From Psilocybe cubensis (lineage: Eukaryota), in assembly GCA_017499595.2 (NCBI GenBank), contig CM039007.1, positions 1,674,001 to 1,738,000 on the forward strand: DNA of 64,000 bases, given 5' to 3'. The stretch's first letter is position 1. Each line of letters begins with the position of its first letter. The notes under the pieces are model-generated. The model ran no database searches. It was not told the origin of the DNA and saw only the letters and a list, made by a program, of their open reading frames with translations. A program made the position numbers and the translations under genes. Below are positions 52,380 to 64,000 of the stretch, piece after piece.

Positions 52380-53867
52380 TTAGATAACGCCCAAGCCGGC
52401 CTTGAGCTCGTCCGCAAGGTCATCAAGCTCATCGTTCGTCGCAGGCGCCTGGCGTACCATTCTGGCCTCTTCGACGCAACGCGAGCAGGTGCAGGAGCCG
52501 AAGCCCCATCCTCTCAGCTCATCCTGGCGAGCTTTGTATCCCAGCTTGGGATTCACGTATGTGATGAACAGCTCCTCGCCTGTTTTGATAGGTCGCTTGG
52601 CGAGGATTGTGATGCGAGACAATGCAGTACGCTGGTCGAGGTGCCGCACGGAGACATTGGGATCGCAAGAGTGATTGAGATGGGCATGCACGGAGTAGAG
52701 TCCTCCGTGAGACTCCAGGTCTGATCGCAGAGAAAGAGAGCTTAGCGAATCACAAAAGAAGAACAATAAACAGGGACATACTGAGGTTCATGCGTCCTAA
52801 CCCACGCAAGAATCCCTCGTATTGGAATAGTTCGTAGTCCACATCTTCGGGAAGGGGTTTCTTGAGAAGTTTGGCCAGTTTCTTTTGATCTTGAGGTGAA
52901 ACTGGTTCTTTGAACGCTTTAACATACAGAGCAAAGGCTTTTTTCCAAGTCGCCCTATCCGGTTCAGGAGCGCTAGCACTAGAATCACAAGTAATTGTTT
53001 TAATCACACAAAAGAAGATCGGCAAAGAAGAAGCGGTGGCTCACGACTTGAAGCTATATTTAAACCGTTCCTCCATTCCCAGTTCTGCGAGGCCCATAAC
53101 AACATCCCAGTCATGGTGTAGAGCCGAGTCAGCGAGCTGATTGGCAAGCAGTACGCGGCTTGTAGTCTGTGCTAGAGCGTGTAATGCTATCCACTGATGG
53201 TCTCTGGCAAACTTGAGGAGCGGTTCGACGGCAGGATTTTGTGCGGGCCATGTCAATGGATGATGCTTTGCTGATCGAGCCAGGCAAAGCCTGTTGCAGA
53301 AGCGGTATGGACAGTACGAGGTCGATGAGGACGCAGGACACGGGTTGATGAGTGGTGAGTCGGGAAGCAATGGTGTCGTGCAGTAGCCGCAAGCAGTAGA
53401 TGCTCTCTGCATATCATAAATTTCTCTAGACACTCATCGAAAAGACATGATAGGTCGGGTCTTTGGGTCCAATAATAAAGAATGACATACGGTTCTGGTG
53501 CAATAATAAATGGATCCTCCCTCCAGATCGTCTCCCCCTCGTCGATATCTGTGCTCGCCACAAGTCCCTTGCCCTTCTTTTTGTTGAAATATCTGACCTG
53601 GACCTTCTGCGACCACTGTTGGATATTAAGGGTCTCGATAATCCTCGATGAAGGGTAAACGGGTGGCTCGTATCCTCCAGGTGGTGTCGGAGCCACGATC
53701 AGGCCATGAAGTTGGAGGATCTTCCGGGTGCGTTTCTCACTGACTATCCAGTCAGGGTAGTTCTTGAGCAACAATGCGTGAATTTTGGAGATTCCGAGCT
53801 GCGGATCTCTGGCTTTGAGATCGATAAGAGCCTGCGCGAGTTCATCTTCGTGTGGGGAGATAGACAT
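52380..53867 (-). CDS. SET-domain lysine methyltransferase with MYND-like insert (SMYD/Set5-like)
   Basis: KGKGLVA (motif I), CGYC..C..C..FCNRLC insert, LNHSCDPN, ELFITY and post-SET CTCSRC. Confidence 0.9.
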
Positions 53868-56800
53868 GGTAGATTCTCGTCTGGACAGTGTGGAATAAAG
53901 TTTTACAGTAGCTACTCACGAGCCTTGAGGCGCGCCCTTCGGAGTTTCAATCATTGTCTGCATATGGATTTGGTAGCCCGTGGGAATATCAATGTTGTTC
54001 GCGTGGCAGCCTGGCACTGCGATTCGACTTGAATTCGACTCACAAGCAATTGGTGAGAGACCGTTGGACAACAGCGCAGAATCATAGTAGGCAAGTCTTT
54101 CTAACTATTTTGCTTGACTCATCCCATTTTGTATGCCATCTAATCCGAGTTATCACTCGATCAGTGTAGTACATCAAAGTTGGCATCCTTCAGCGGCGCT
54201 TTATCGTCGTTGTATACCCGTGTTCCTGTTCTTCCAGACTTGGGTGCTAAGCCTTTGAGGAAGTAGCAATTCCTATATCAGACCATGAATCCCAAGCTAC
54301 GTACATCTGTGTACATTTTGGGGATGGGTACAAAGCAAACGAGGCCACAGACTTAATACGGTAATCATCTTTTACCTTATATGCTGTAGCATAGATATGG
54401 ACTGCTATATTTGGGGCTTTCCGACTCATTTTACCCCTCGTCCGTTACCGTATTCCATCCTCCCGTTTTCTAAAGCCGTTCCCCGGTGCATTGTGGGTAG
54501 GCTTCGCTGTAATGCCTTTTTTACAGTATTCCTCTGATCTGATCAGAACCATTCAGAACGATCGTGGCTGTCGACCGTTGCCTTTTTTTATGGTGGTGTC
54601 GTGGTGGGCTGGTAAGATAACTTGATGCGCCAGGCTACTCACAAAGGGATTCAAGGCAAACAAAGCGAACACAAATGAGCTGCCGTGATGGCCGGATGCT
54701 CGTCTCTAAATCGGCAAAGGACGGCATTTCGCACGTCGTGCCAAAGGTCGATATGGAGTTGAATCTTCATATTTCTAAAGCTATTTAAACGGATAATAGG
54801 GGGAATCATTAAAAATATACAAAACATAATGTGAGTCCTTCATAATTATCAAGAGGTTATTCATGTATTGTATAGCCCAAATCTTTATGCTCATATGATC
54901 ATGATCAGCTGCGCTACCTCAAATCATGCAGTCGTCCTGTCCGTGCATAATAAAGGGGATCAACTTCTGCGACCATTCTGTTGCTGTATGTTGAAACCGT
55001 TGACCTTTGAAGAACCTTCTGGTGCTGCTTGCTCGTTACCACAAGAGTCGTTGAATGTTTCTTCACGGCAGTAGACCTCGGCCAGATTCCTGTGTGTCGG
55101 CGGCAGCATCGGCAGGTGTGATAGTAATCTTGCCATTATATCGTCGGGTAGCAAGGTATGAAGGGCTATAAATTATGTCAAGATAGGTATATAGTCGGGA
55201 TTTGTATGTTTTGCCTATAAAAATGAATATGAGGCAGCATCTCATACGCCTGTCACCTCGTCATAATAAATACTCAATTATCGACTAGCTTACACGTAGC
55301 TTTCTTCACCTTGCTTTGTTTGTTAAACAGCATGTCTGGTTCCTCGATTCAGCCAACTACCCTTGTCATATCCATTGCGATATCATGGCTAACCATGAGA
55401 CTACTGGAAGCTTTCATTTCTAGAAACCGGGAACCATACCCACCTGGACCTCTACCAAAATTTCTAATTGGCAATATACTCGATATGCCGTCCGTCGATT
55501 CTCCAAGGGAATTTGTGAAATGGGAAAAAAGTTATAATAGTAAGTTTGTCCTCTGTCCTACTGTGCAGAGCTTGAACTTGTTATAGTCCCTTTGCTCCAC
55601 GCAGAAGTGTTTGGAACCCATATCCTTATTGTCAATAGTATTGAAGATGCAATTGCTCTATTTGAACGGCCGGAAAGGGCAAGCATTTACTCTGACAGAC
55701 CAGATTTGCCCATTCTCGATCTGTATGTTTCTTTTCTGATTATATATGGTTATAGTTAATAGATAATTCATGAAAAATCAAAGGATTGGAACCGAGAAGA
55801 ACATCGGTTTAATGCGTTACGGAGAAAAATGGAGAAGTCATCGGCGGGTCAGTCACCAAAACTTCAACATCCACGCTGCGACACAGTACGAACCAATTCA
55901 AACGAGAAAAGTAAGGGACCTACTCCAAAAGGTTCTCGACCGCCCTGATAAATTTTCTGAACACAATAAATGGTAATAGCATAAATTTCTCTCCTCCTAT
56001 CTTGCTGAGCTTTGGAACTTCTAGGTTTTCAACAGCGGTTACGATGTCCGCAATGTACGGATACGAGGTCAAATCCGTCGATGATCCATGCGTTGCGCTG
56101 GCGGATGAGGCGCTTAGACTTATAGCTCAACTGATCCATCCTGGTGGTAGTTTAATAAACCATATTCCTGCTCTCAGACACATTCCAGAGTGGTTTCCGG
56201 GCGCTTATTCCAGAAAACTTGCTGCCAGAACAAAACTTCTGAATGAGCAGGTATGGAGACTACCAGTTGAGTACGTAAAGAAATCTCTAGTGAGTAAATT
56301 TTCTCCTAAAGTCTACAAGAATAGAGTTTACGTAGTGAATTTTTAGGATGAGGGTACATCCACGCCATCTCTAGTAGCGAATTTCTACGAAAAGAAGCTC
56401 GCGTATGGCGCATCCGAAGAGGAGGAGGTTGCAGTTAGAAATACTGCATATACCGCCTATGGAGGTAGCTACATTTATATCACATTGAGAATCTACTATG
56501 CTCACTCTTCCTGACAGCTGGATCCGATACGGCAAGCGGATACCCACGCCATTATTGTTTGGCATACTTATGACGTTTTTAGATGGCTGCCATCACCTAC
56601 GCGTTTGTATACTTAATGACCATACATCCCGACATTCAACAAAGAGCCCGAGACGAAATTGAGAACGTCATCGGAGCGACTCATCGATTACCTACTTTGG
56701 TCGATCGTAAATCCTTACCATACGTCGAAGCTATTTACAGAGAGGTATTACGGCTTTACCCACCGCTTCCCCTTGGACTGCCTCGAACAACCACCGAAGA

Positions 56801-56884
56801 TAACCATTATAAGGGATATTACATCCCAAAAGGCAAGAAAATATTCGTGTTGTAAATAGGCAATGCTGAGCACATATACCCTTT

Positions 56885-58540
56885 GGGCATAGGAAAAAAT
56901 AAGTGCAGCGCAAGTGCGCAAGTGCAAAACGTGCAAATGCAAGTGCACGGTGGCTGTGCTGCAGTGCAGTGCAAGTGCATTGCGAGTGCATGCGAGTGCA
57001 CGGTGGCTGTGCTCAAGTGCAGTGCAGTGCGCGCGCAAGTGCAAACATAAAAAAAACGCAAATGCACAGTCCGTTATAGTACACAGCGTCATATACTTGA
57101 TATACATGATATTTACATAGCTAATCAATGTTGTACCTAGGAGATTGAATATTATTTCTTTGTTTTTGACTTCACTGCCTTTGCTGCAGTCCTATTTTCA
57201 GGGATAGGCCTTGGCCTAAGGTTTCTCTTCTCTCCTACTAGGCTCGGTGGGTCGTATAATTTTGACAGAGTTTGGGTTGGTAGGAATGATAGAAAAGCCA
57301 TGTATCGTCTTAATAAGTAGAGTGAGACCTCCGTGAAGGGCCACCCTTTTCCACTTTATAATAAAGTTGTCTGCCAGTGTTACATGAATGAATATCATCA
57401 GTCAACTGCCGTGAAAAATATCAAATAATAGTATATACTTACCTTTGATAGTATATCTGCTGTAAAAATTATGGATGAAGTATTCCCAATCCAACTCTTT
57501 CGTTCTCAGACAGCTATCAATTGACGAAGGGATTGAACTAAGTCATTGTCACGGTCTCTGATTCTAGACATGTCAAGCGTCAACCCCCAAAAAGCCTTCC
57601 ATAGGCACGGTGACACTTGAGTACTATGAAGTAAACATAAGTGCATTCAAGTGCAATGTAAGTGTGTGCAAGTGCAGTGCAAGTGCACGCAAGTGCAATG
57701 CAAGTGCAATGCAAGTGCAATGCGAGTGCATGCAAGTGCAGTGCGAGTGCATGAAAGTGCGCGCAAGTGCACGTGAGTGCACGCGAGTGCAGTGCAAGTG
57801 CACGCAAGTGCAGTGCAGTGCAAGTGCAGTGTAAAGCAAGTGCATGTGACATAAATGTGACATAAATTAGAAGGTTATCGGAGACGAGTCAATTATTGTA
57901 TAATTGCCAGCAGAATCCCCAGCTATAAGCATAATTTTTAATGTTACCCGATTTCTTAATCCGAATAGCGGAAGTTTTAGCAGGCAGACATTGTTTTGCT
58001 TGATGTAGTACCTCATCATTGTAGAGAGAATATTCAAACTTATTTTCGATTTATTTCGCCCCAAGGTGCCCAGAGAGAGTAAAAAACACTATTCGGGAGA
58101 ATGGGTATACCACACAGACCGAAATATATAAGTTTTATGTTTTATTTTCCCATACTCCAAGGCACAAGGTGTATTTACAACGAGTTCATTGGTCCTTGTG
58201 ACGACAGATCACAAGTCCGTGACAACACATCCCTGGCAGTGAAATGTGCCAGAAAATGGCGCACAAACTGTCTGAAGCAAATTTTAGAATAAATAGTCTA
58301 ACAGAGGTAGTATTCAAAACTCATTCTAGAAGCCAAAATTGTTTATTTGCCTCAGACCTCAGTTGTACGAGCAAAACATGGCATGTTCTCCTCACTCGGC
58401 ATGCACCGGCACCTTTGTCCCGAGGAAATAATTGTGACATATTCACACACTGTCACGCGCGATGCAAGTGCAGAGTTGCACTTGCATTGCACTTGCATGC
58501 ACTTGCATGCACTTGCGTGCACTTATTTTTCTATTTGCCC
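56885..58540. mobile_element. Non-autonomous TIR DNA transposon, Mutator/MULE-like (1,656 bp, 9-bp TSD ATACCCTTT)
   Basis: TSD at 56876-56884 and 58541-58549. Left end GGGCATAGGAAAAAATAAGTGCA-; right end reverse-complemented GGGCAAATAGAAAAATAAGTGCA-. Both continue into inverted TGCAAG/TGCAG arrays. No intact transposase ORF. Confidence 0.9.
57637..57846 (+). repeat. Internal degenerate (TGCAAG/TGCAG)n array inside the transposon
   Basis: About 200 bp of AAGTGCA-type units in the same orientation as the left terminal array. Confidence 0.9.
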
Positions 58541-59302
58541 ATACCCTTTGTAGGAACAACCGTACTTACAAACATATGGTCAGTAGAAATCATTCTACCA
58601 GTAATATTGTTCCTCATTAAGAAGATTAAATACAGGGCAATGTCGTATAATGAGCTGATCCACGAAGAGCCCCATCGCTTCAACCCCGAACGACACATTG
58701 GCACGAACGGAGAATTGGATGACAAGCGGATATTTGCCTTTGGTTTTGGGCGCAGGAAAGCAAATTTCTATTCACACAAGTTTTCGTTACCTTATCACTT
58801 GATTACAGAGCATGTGTGGGTAAACCCATGGCCAGTAACACGGTGAAGAATCATCTAAAAGTTTATCACCTTCAAGCTATTTCTCACCTATTGTATATTA
58901 CAAGGCCTGGCTCATGATGGCGTCCATGCTTTATTCGTTCAAAATAACAAGGGCAAAAGACAGTAACGGGAATGATGTCGTAGTAAATGACGAGTTTGAG
59001 GATATTGGGATTCTGCGGTGAGTCGGCTTAATCCTGCTTGACCTATTATTGCTCGTGGTCTTATTTTTACTTACATTCCTTTCAAAGGTGCAAGAAAGAA
59101 TTTAAGTGCCATTTCCATCTTCGCTCCGCCGAGATACTGCAATTAATTGCGGAGACCTGAGAACTACACAAACCTCAATATTTATAAGTAATAGAAGGAT
59201 AAGTAACGGCAGTTAGTTATTAGCCAGCCCAGCTTTTTCAGTTACAGACTATCTAAAAGAGATTGAAGTCAATTTAGTACAAGGCCAAAAATTGAAAATA
59301 TA

Positions 59303-60274
59303 TTATGATTTGCCAGTAGGATGGTTGCAACCAGCGACTGAGGCTGAGCGACTCTGATAACGCGTATTCAGACGCACTGCCGGGTCCGTAACGGACGCTC
59401 GTGCTGGCTTGGAGACGTTGCCCTCGTCCTCAATTCTCATCCCCCGCCAGTTGTTATCATACCCCAAGACGTTAGCAACGTCCCGGCGGTAAATCACCTC
59501 ATCAAAAGGGTGGAAGAATCGTGCGCTCTGTCTCTCCTAGACGAGATTAAAAGCAGCCCAAGGGTCTTCCCCTACTACATGGGAGCCCATTTATTAGAAA
59601 CCGGAACCGAGCGTGTGAAAGTTATTATTCAAATTGTGTAACAAGTGTGGTACTTCAGGATAAGGCAGAACCGTATTTTATATCCAGTTCGCTTCTGTTG
59701 GTTCAGTAATAGTATGTTGATCTTATCAGTACTAGGAATGAATACGAGCTTATTTCGGTACAAAAGGATGTGCTTTCAAGGAGGCAACTTGAGGCAGCAT
59801 CCTCATAGGGTTTGGTGGCATCATGATCGTGTGTGGCAAACTTCTATCACCGTGCTACGATCCTGCGGAGAACCACTAGTTCTAGCATTGAGAAATAGAT
59901 CAGAAACCTATGTCCATCGACGTCGTACCCGCTATCAACCTCACGCATTCACCTTCACCGATCGATATACCCCGCGGGCTTGCACCATTACTACACTTCT
60001 TTTTTGAAAGCTTGAAGGGGCCATACTGTACTGTGTGACATGGATGTGGACTCAGGATGTCAACGGTGTTCTTCCAGTTCCTTTGCGCCACGTAATAGAG
60101 ACAGGAGACTAAAATTTCTTTCATGTATTGACGCGATTCGCTATTGTATTGCTTTCTTATACTCCTGTTTTTAAAGTAGTTTGAACGTAAATCATAATTT
60201 GGAGGGTCGTCGAATTGTTCGATCGATCTTGCTATTGATGAGTCGGATGCCATCCACGTCTCAAGATCGTACAT
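59303..60274 (-). pseudogene. Possible degraded gene remnant
   Basis: Protein-like ORF fragments 59900-60274 and 59303-59497 are separated by stops, and I could not build a spliced model. Confidence 0.25.
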
Positions 60275-60557
60275 GTATTTTGTGTTTTTCTTCTATTTGA
60301 AGTCTGCAGGGGTATATAAAGTGCTGGGAAGGGAGAGGAGGGTCCCCCAGCAAGTCGTTCAACTACCATCTGGTAGGTGTATTTACTCACTGACCGACAA
60401 AATATGAAGACAAAGGCTAACCCCTTTTTCTCCATTATAGAAAGTCTCAACTTTACCGCCTTCGTTAGCATCTTCATATTTTCCCCTCCTGAGTGCGCGT
60501 AGATCTGACAATGTTATCACCTAGACACATTTAAAGGCCAATAGAAACCACCGCAAC

Positions 60558-60755
60558 ATGTTCCGTTCCAGCACCTTGTTCACCGCACTCCTCTTCATAG
60601 CCGCCTCGCTCGCAGCGACCTCCACCGCAGCGCCGACAGAAGACCCGAAACCCCAAATCTGCATCAGCGTTTGCTTTGACCAAGAGCAAGGTTGCCCTTC
60701 GGGTATGCATGCCGTTCAACGTGGTTCTTGCTGGACTTGTTGCACCAACCAGTAA
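60558..60755 (+). CDS. Small secreted 6-Cys peptide (65 aa), intronless
   Basis: Signal peptide MFRSSTLFTALLFIAASLAATSTA-AP; mature part C-x3-C-x6-C-x11-C-x2-CC; CAACATG start context. Confidence 0.8.
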   Translation: MFRSSTLFTALLFIAASLAATSTAAPTEDPKPQICISVCFDQEQGCPSGMHAVQRGSCWTCCTNQ

Positions 60756-61065
60756 GCGCTAGTCTTTATGTATACTCCTCGATCCGGGGTAGAATTGTAT
60801 ATAGAGGTGGACTCTTTAAATCGACGACGTTTTTTCTTTTTGGGTTTTTTAGAGAGGAAATGCGAACACTTTTGTCATATGGTATTCTGGTGTGATATAA
60901 GGATTTATATAAACTGCTTACGCAGTAAGGCGAAGGGTAGTATTCCAGTTTGGCTTTATACGGTCAAGTTAAATGTTCATAAATATACTACTAGTCCGAA
61001 TTATATCATGATGATGACAACCAACCATCCAGGATGAGGGCCCACTTCGACTGATCCCAAGAGAT

Positions 61066-62536
61066 TCAAGCAACATTGCCCAAAATTACCAGTTTAGGTA
61101 CTAGCAAAATCTTGGAATTACCAGGGATCCATACGGTGAAATTATACCCGTAGTCAGGAGGCGGTGACTCGGGCACATCATTCTTCTCGTCCGATGGCTT
61201 GCCCTCATTCGAGTCAGTTCTAATGAGAAGGTTTTTCACGCCTAAAATGAGAAAACAATGCCATAGTGACAGTTTAGAAGAGAAATGAAGGAAAGTGCTG
61301 TGTGACACGTACATAGACATGTCGTTGTAAGCGCAAATACGAATGTAAGCATTATTATTAATAGGTCTGCCTTCACCCTCCCGCTAGATGAGAATCGGGT
61401 CCTGGCGTAATAAAACGCATAGCCTTCATACACAACTCCCACTGTGGGGCGGGCAATTAGCCACTCTCGTGTCAGCCTGACAAAAGAGAGAGAGGAAAAG
61501 AAATAAAGAGGGGAACGTACAGATGTTGATGAAGATGCATGTGCACATGTTGGTAATGTGTACTTTAGTAGTGGGAGTATGCCTTGAATTGGATCTAGGA
61601 TTCGCATTTTTGTATCGAAATCCAAGCCTTCGAGATGTACGATGGGTTAACGTGAGCTGTTAGTAGCTGGTCTTTGCATGTAAAGGAAAAAGGTAGACTC
61701 ACGGAGATGCTAAAATCATGAGAGCCAGTATTACACATACCTCATAGACAGCATAGATAATGACCTGTGTGATCTCCGCTGGATATAACAACGTAGAATC
61801 AAAATGGAACGTAATGTTGAATCAGTAAGTACTCAGATGGCAGTCTCTTCGACAGCCTGAAATCAGACAGACACACCTTTCCCCTTGCTCCATTGGTCTA
61901 GAGTAAGCTGAATCTGCATGTACACCATTGATAAGAGCAAAAACTCTGGCATACTCGCTAGAACTGTTCATAGAAACGCAAAACAAGACCTCGTCAACAA
62001 TTGCGTCTGAGTCAATGCCAGTGTACACTCCTGGTACCGTCACCTAGAGACACACTGTATCTGTAAAAATTGCAGGATAAAGAACACTTACAGTAGTGCA
62101 AAATCCGGCGAACTTCCGCCGACAACTTGACGTCCGACTCAGAGGCTGCCAATGCTGGCTTGATATCCCTACTAGCGTTCCCAGGACACGAGCCAGACAC
62201 AGGGAGACGCTGCGGTTTTTCGTTCGCATCGTACGACGGCTCACACTCTCCCTGGTTACCAATGGATGCATGGTCTGCCAGTGCTGCCTCAATCTCTTCA
62301 ATAGCGTTCCCAGGACCCGGTTCAGACACAGAGAGCCGCTGCGGCTCTTCGACTACATCATCCGACGGCTCACATTTTCCTTGGTCAACGGTGCTCGCGT
62401 CTTCAACGGTATCAGGCTCAGCCTCTACATCGTAGCTGTTAGAGGTATAGGCGCGCTCGGGCGCGATGGATTCGAACGTATCATGTTGCTCAGAGTTCTC
62501 GTCTGCAGCCGCGGGGTTCGGGAGGATCACAGCCAT
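61066..62536 (-). CDS. Hypothetical multi-pass membrane protein with acidic repeated N-terminus (paralog A)
   Basis: Acidic first exon with an internal 43-aa repeat, hydrophobic downstream exons, and C-terminal NFTVWIPGNSKILLV matching paralog B. Confidence 0.6.
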
Positions 62537-62935
62537 TGAGGGCCAGATGTCGATGTTTACAGTTCTGTGGTGTTCTGTGGTTTGGTGTGGTTAAAGCTTC
62601 GAGAAGAGAATTAGATGCTGTACTAGGCAGAGCCTGGGGGGTGTTCACTCCGTAGAAACGGGATCATATCAATGGGAATCCATCTGAAAGCTATTAATAG
62701 CACTAACAATGATTCAAATGTTCGTGTAGAAGGGTAGCCATCTGACTCCCGTTACAGTGTTGGTCTTGGTAGGCAGCATTGATGTTTGAAGTGAGAAAAA
62801 TAACAAAAAGAGAGTATTAAAAAATTGTACTACTCGGGATGAGATCATGATTCATGATACCTCAATTACTTATGCGATTCCGAGAAATTCAAGCAACATT
62901 TGAAGTTCGTCGACTAGTAGTTGTGGTACTAATGT

Positions 62936-64000
62936 TTAACAACCGATTTTTACTATCACGACTTTGGCATTCCAGGGGACCCAAATGCTGACGTTGCACC
63001 CGCCACCCGACGGTATAGACATATTCTCCTCACCGTCTAAGCGCTGGTACACTTTCAAGTTCTCTCGTTCACTGCGAAGAATTTTCGCGCCTACAAAAAG
63101 AAAAGAAAATAAAAGACACGGTAAAAGTAGTCCGATGGTATTGTTAGCAAGAAATTCGCCGTCACAGGGGTAGGGCGAGGTGGGAAGGGTGAACGTACAT
63201 GTGTATGCCGTTCCGAGCGCGAATACAAAGACGGGTACAATCATCCCCCGAGGTATATTGGCACCTGGCGAAATTTGGCTGTTGGGAAAGAGCAGCACAA
63301 AGGCAGCATAGCCGGCTCCCACTGCAAAATTGAAAAAAAATCCAAGGCGCTCGCGTCAGCTTATTCTCTTGAAACAATGGGACATAGAAGAGGATAAACC
63401 GCCCAGAGGACAGCGAACGTACCGGCGTTGATGACGATGCACGTTTGCATGTTGGTGATGTGCACGGCAGTGGGGATGCGTAGATGGTTAGAATTGGGAT
63501 CTGTAGTCGTGTATCGGAACCCGATTCTTTTAAACGTACGATTTGTTGTTGCTTTTATCAGTAGGTGGCCTGAATATCTACGCGCTAGGGAAGAGGTAGA
63601 CTCACGGAGATGCCAAGATCAAAACACCTAGTATCACAAACAGCTCATAGAACATATACACAACCTGTATCGTTTTGACTGCAAGGAATAACATCAAATA
63701 GGTGTTAGCACCACCTCCCTCCACTCTCTTTAACAGTCACCAAAGAGCCATGGACGGCCCTGTAAAAAATAAAGACATACCTTCCCCTTTGTTCCATTCC
63801 ACACTAAAAAAAATCTCCAGAATCACCGCCGCGAAGAATAAATACTCCAGGAGAAATGCAACACCTTCCGGACATTAGATAGATAGAGTAAAGCGAGTCA
63901 ATGCGTACCCTCCAGTATCGCACACAGAGGCAAGCTGAATTACTCACAGTACGGTATAACACGCCGACCGTGACGCGCCAAATCGATGGCTTCTGATTCC
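62936..64000 (-). CDS. Hypothetical multi-pass membrane protein (paralog B); 5' end beyond the window
   Basis: Hydrophobic exons, C-terminal NVSIWVPWNAKVVIV, and the same splice-junction sequence as paralog A (plus-strand GGTAGACTCACGGAGATGC at ~61692 and ~63595). Confidence 0.6.

Larger units (their letters stand above)
55332..59160 (+). pseudogene. Cytochrome P450 (CYP64 clan), probably inactivated by an intronic transposon insertion plus a non-canonical GA donor in the heme-motif intron
   Basis: Exons give YPPGP, AGSDT, EVLR, GYYIPK|GTTVLTNIW, PERH and FGFGRR|ACVG. The intron after YIPKG carries a 1.66-kb insert, and the intron at 58756-58808 begins GA rather than GT/GC. Confidence 0.75.

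Noticed and set aside
56900-57846. Repeat arrays as CRISPR or telomeric repeats
   Set aside because: Eukaryotic context, no unique spacers, and the unit is not TTAGGG; explained as TIR subrepeats.
56731-57863. Cys/His-rich ORFs resembling metallothioneins or repeat-peptide precursors
   Set aside because: Artefacts of translating the TGCA minisatellites of the transposon in several frames.
45145-59160. Either P450 as psiH itself
   Set aside because: Neither matches the recalled PsiH termini or heme motif (FGYGRRNCPG), and both are far from psiD/psiM.

Overview
Intron-rich basidiomycete (agaric) genomic DNA, almost certainly Psilocybe cubensis or a very close relative. The left end holds the edge of the known psilocybin biosynthetic cluster: psiM (cut by the window start) and a complete three-exon psiD. 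About 22 flanking genes follow: two PPR-like proteins, a POXA3-small-subunit/Sc15-like secreted protein, a Gfo/Idh/MocA oxidoreductase, a GH115 glucuronidase, a MYND-finger protein, a large kinase, a single-pass surface protein, three tandem alpha/beta-hydrolases, a RING-CH ligase, an SR splicing factor, two tiny Cys-rich secreted peptides, a PDAP1-like protein, NDUFA6, a SET protein, two P450s and unknown membrane proteins. The best candidates for something undescribed are: (1) a kinase with an MLKL-like N-terminus and a possibly gasdermin-like C-terminus in one spliced ORF; (2) a five-exon knottin-like peptide gene missed by the ORF track; (3) a 1,656-bp MULE-like element with a 9-bp TSD inside a P450 intron, in a gene that also has a broken splice donor; (4) a laccase-small-subunit-like gene and a PsiH-like P450 near the psi cluster. 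Gene models were spliced by eye, and family calls come from recalled motifs, not database searches.
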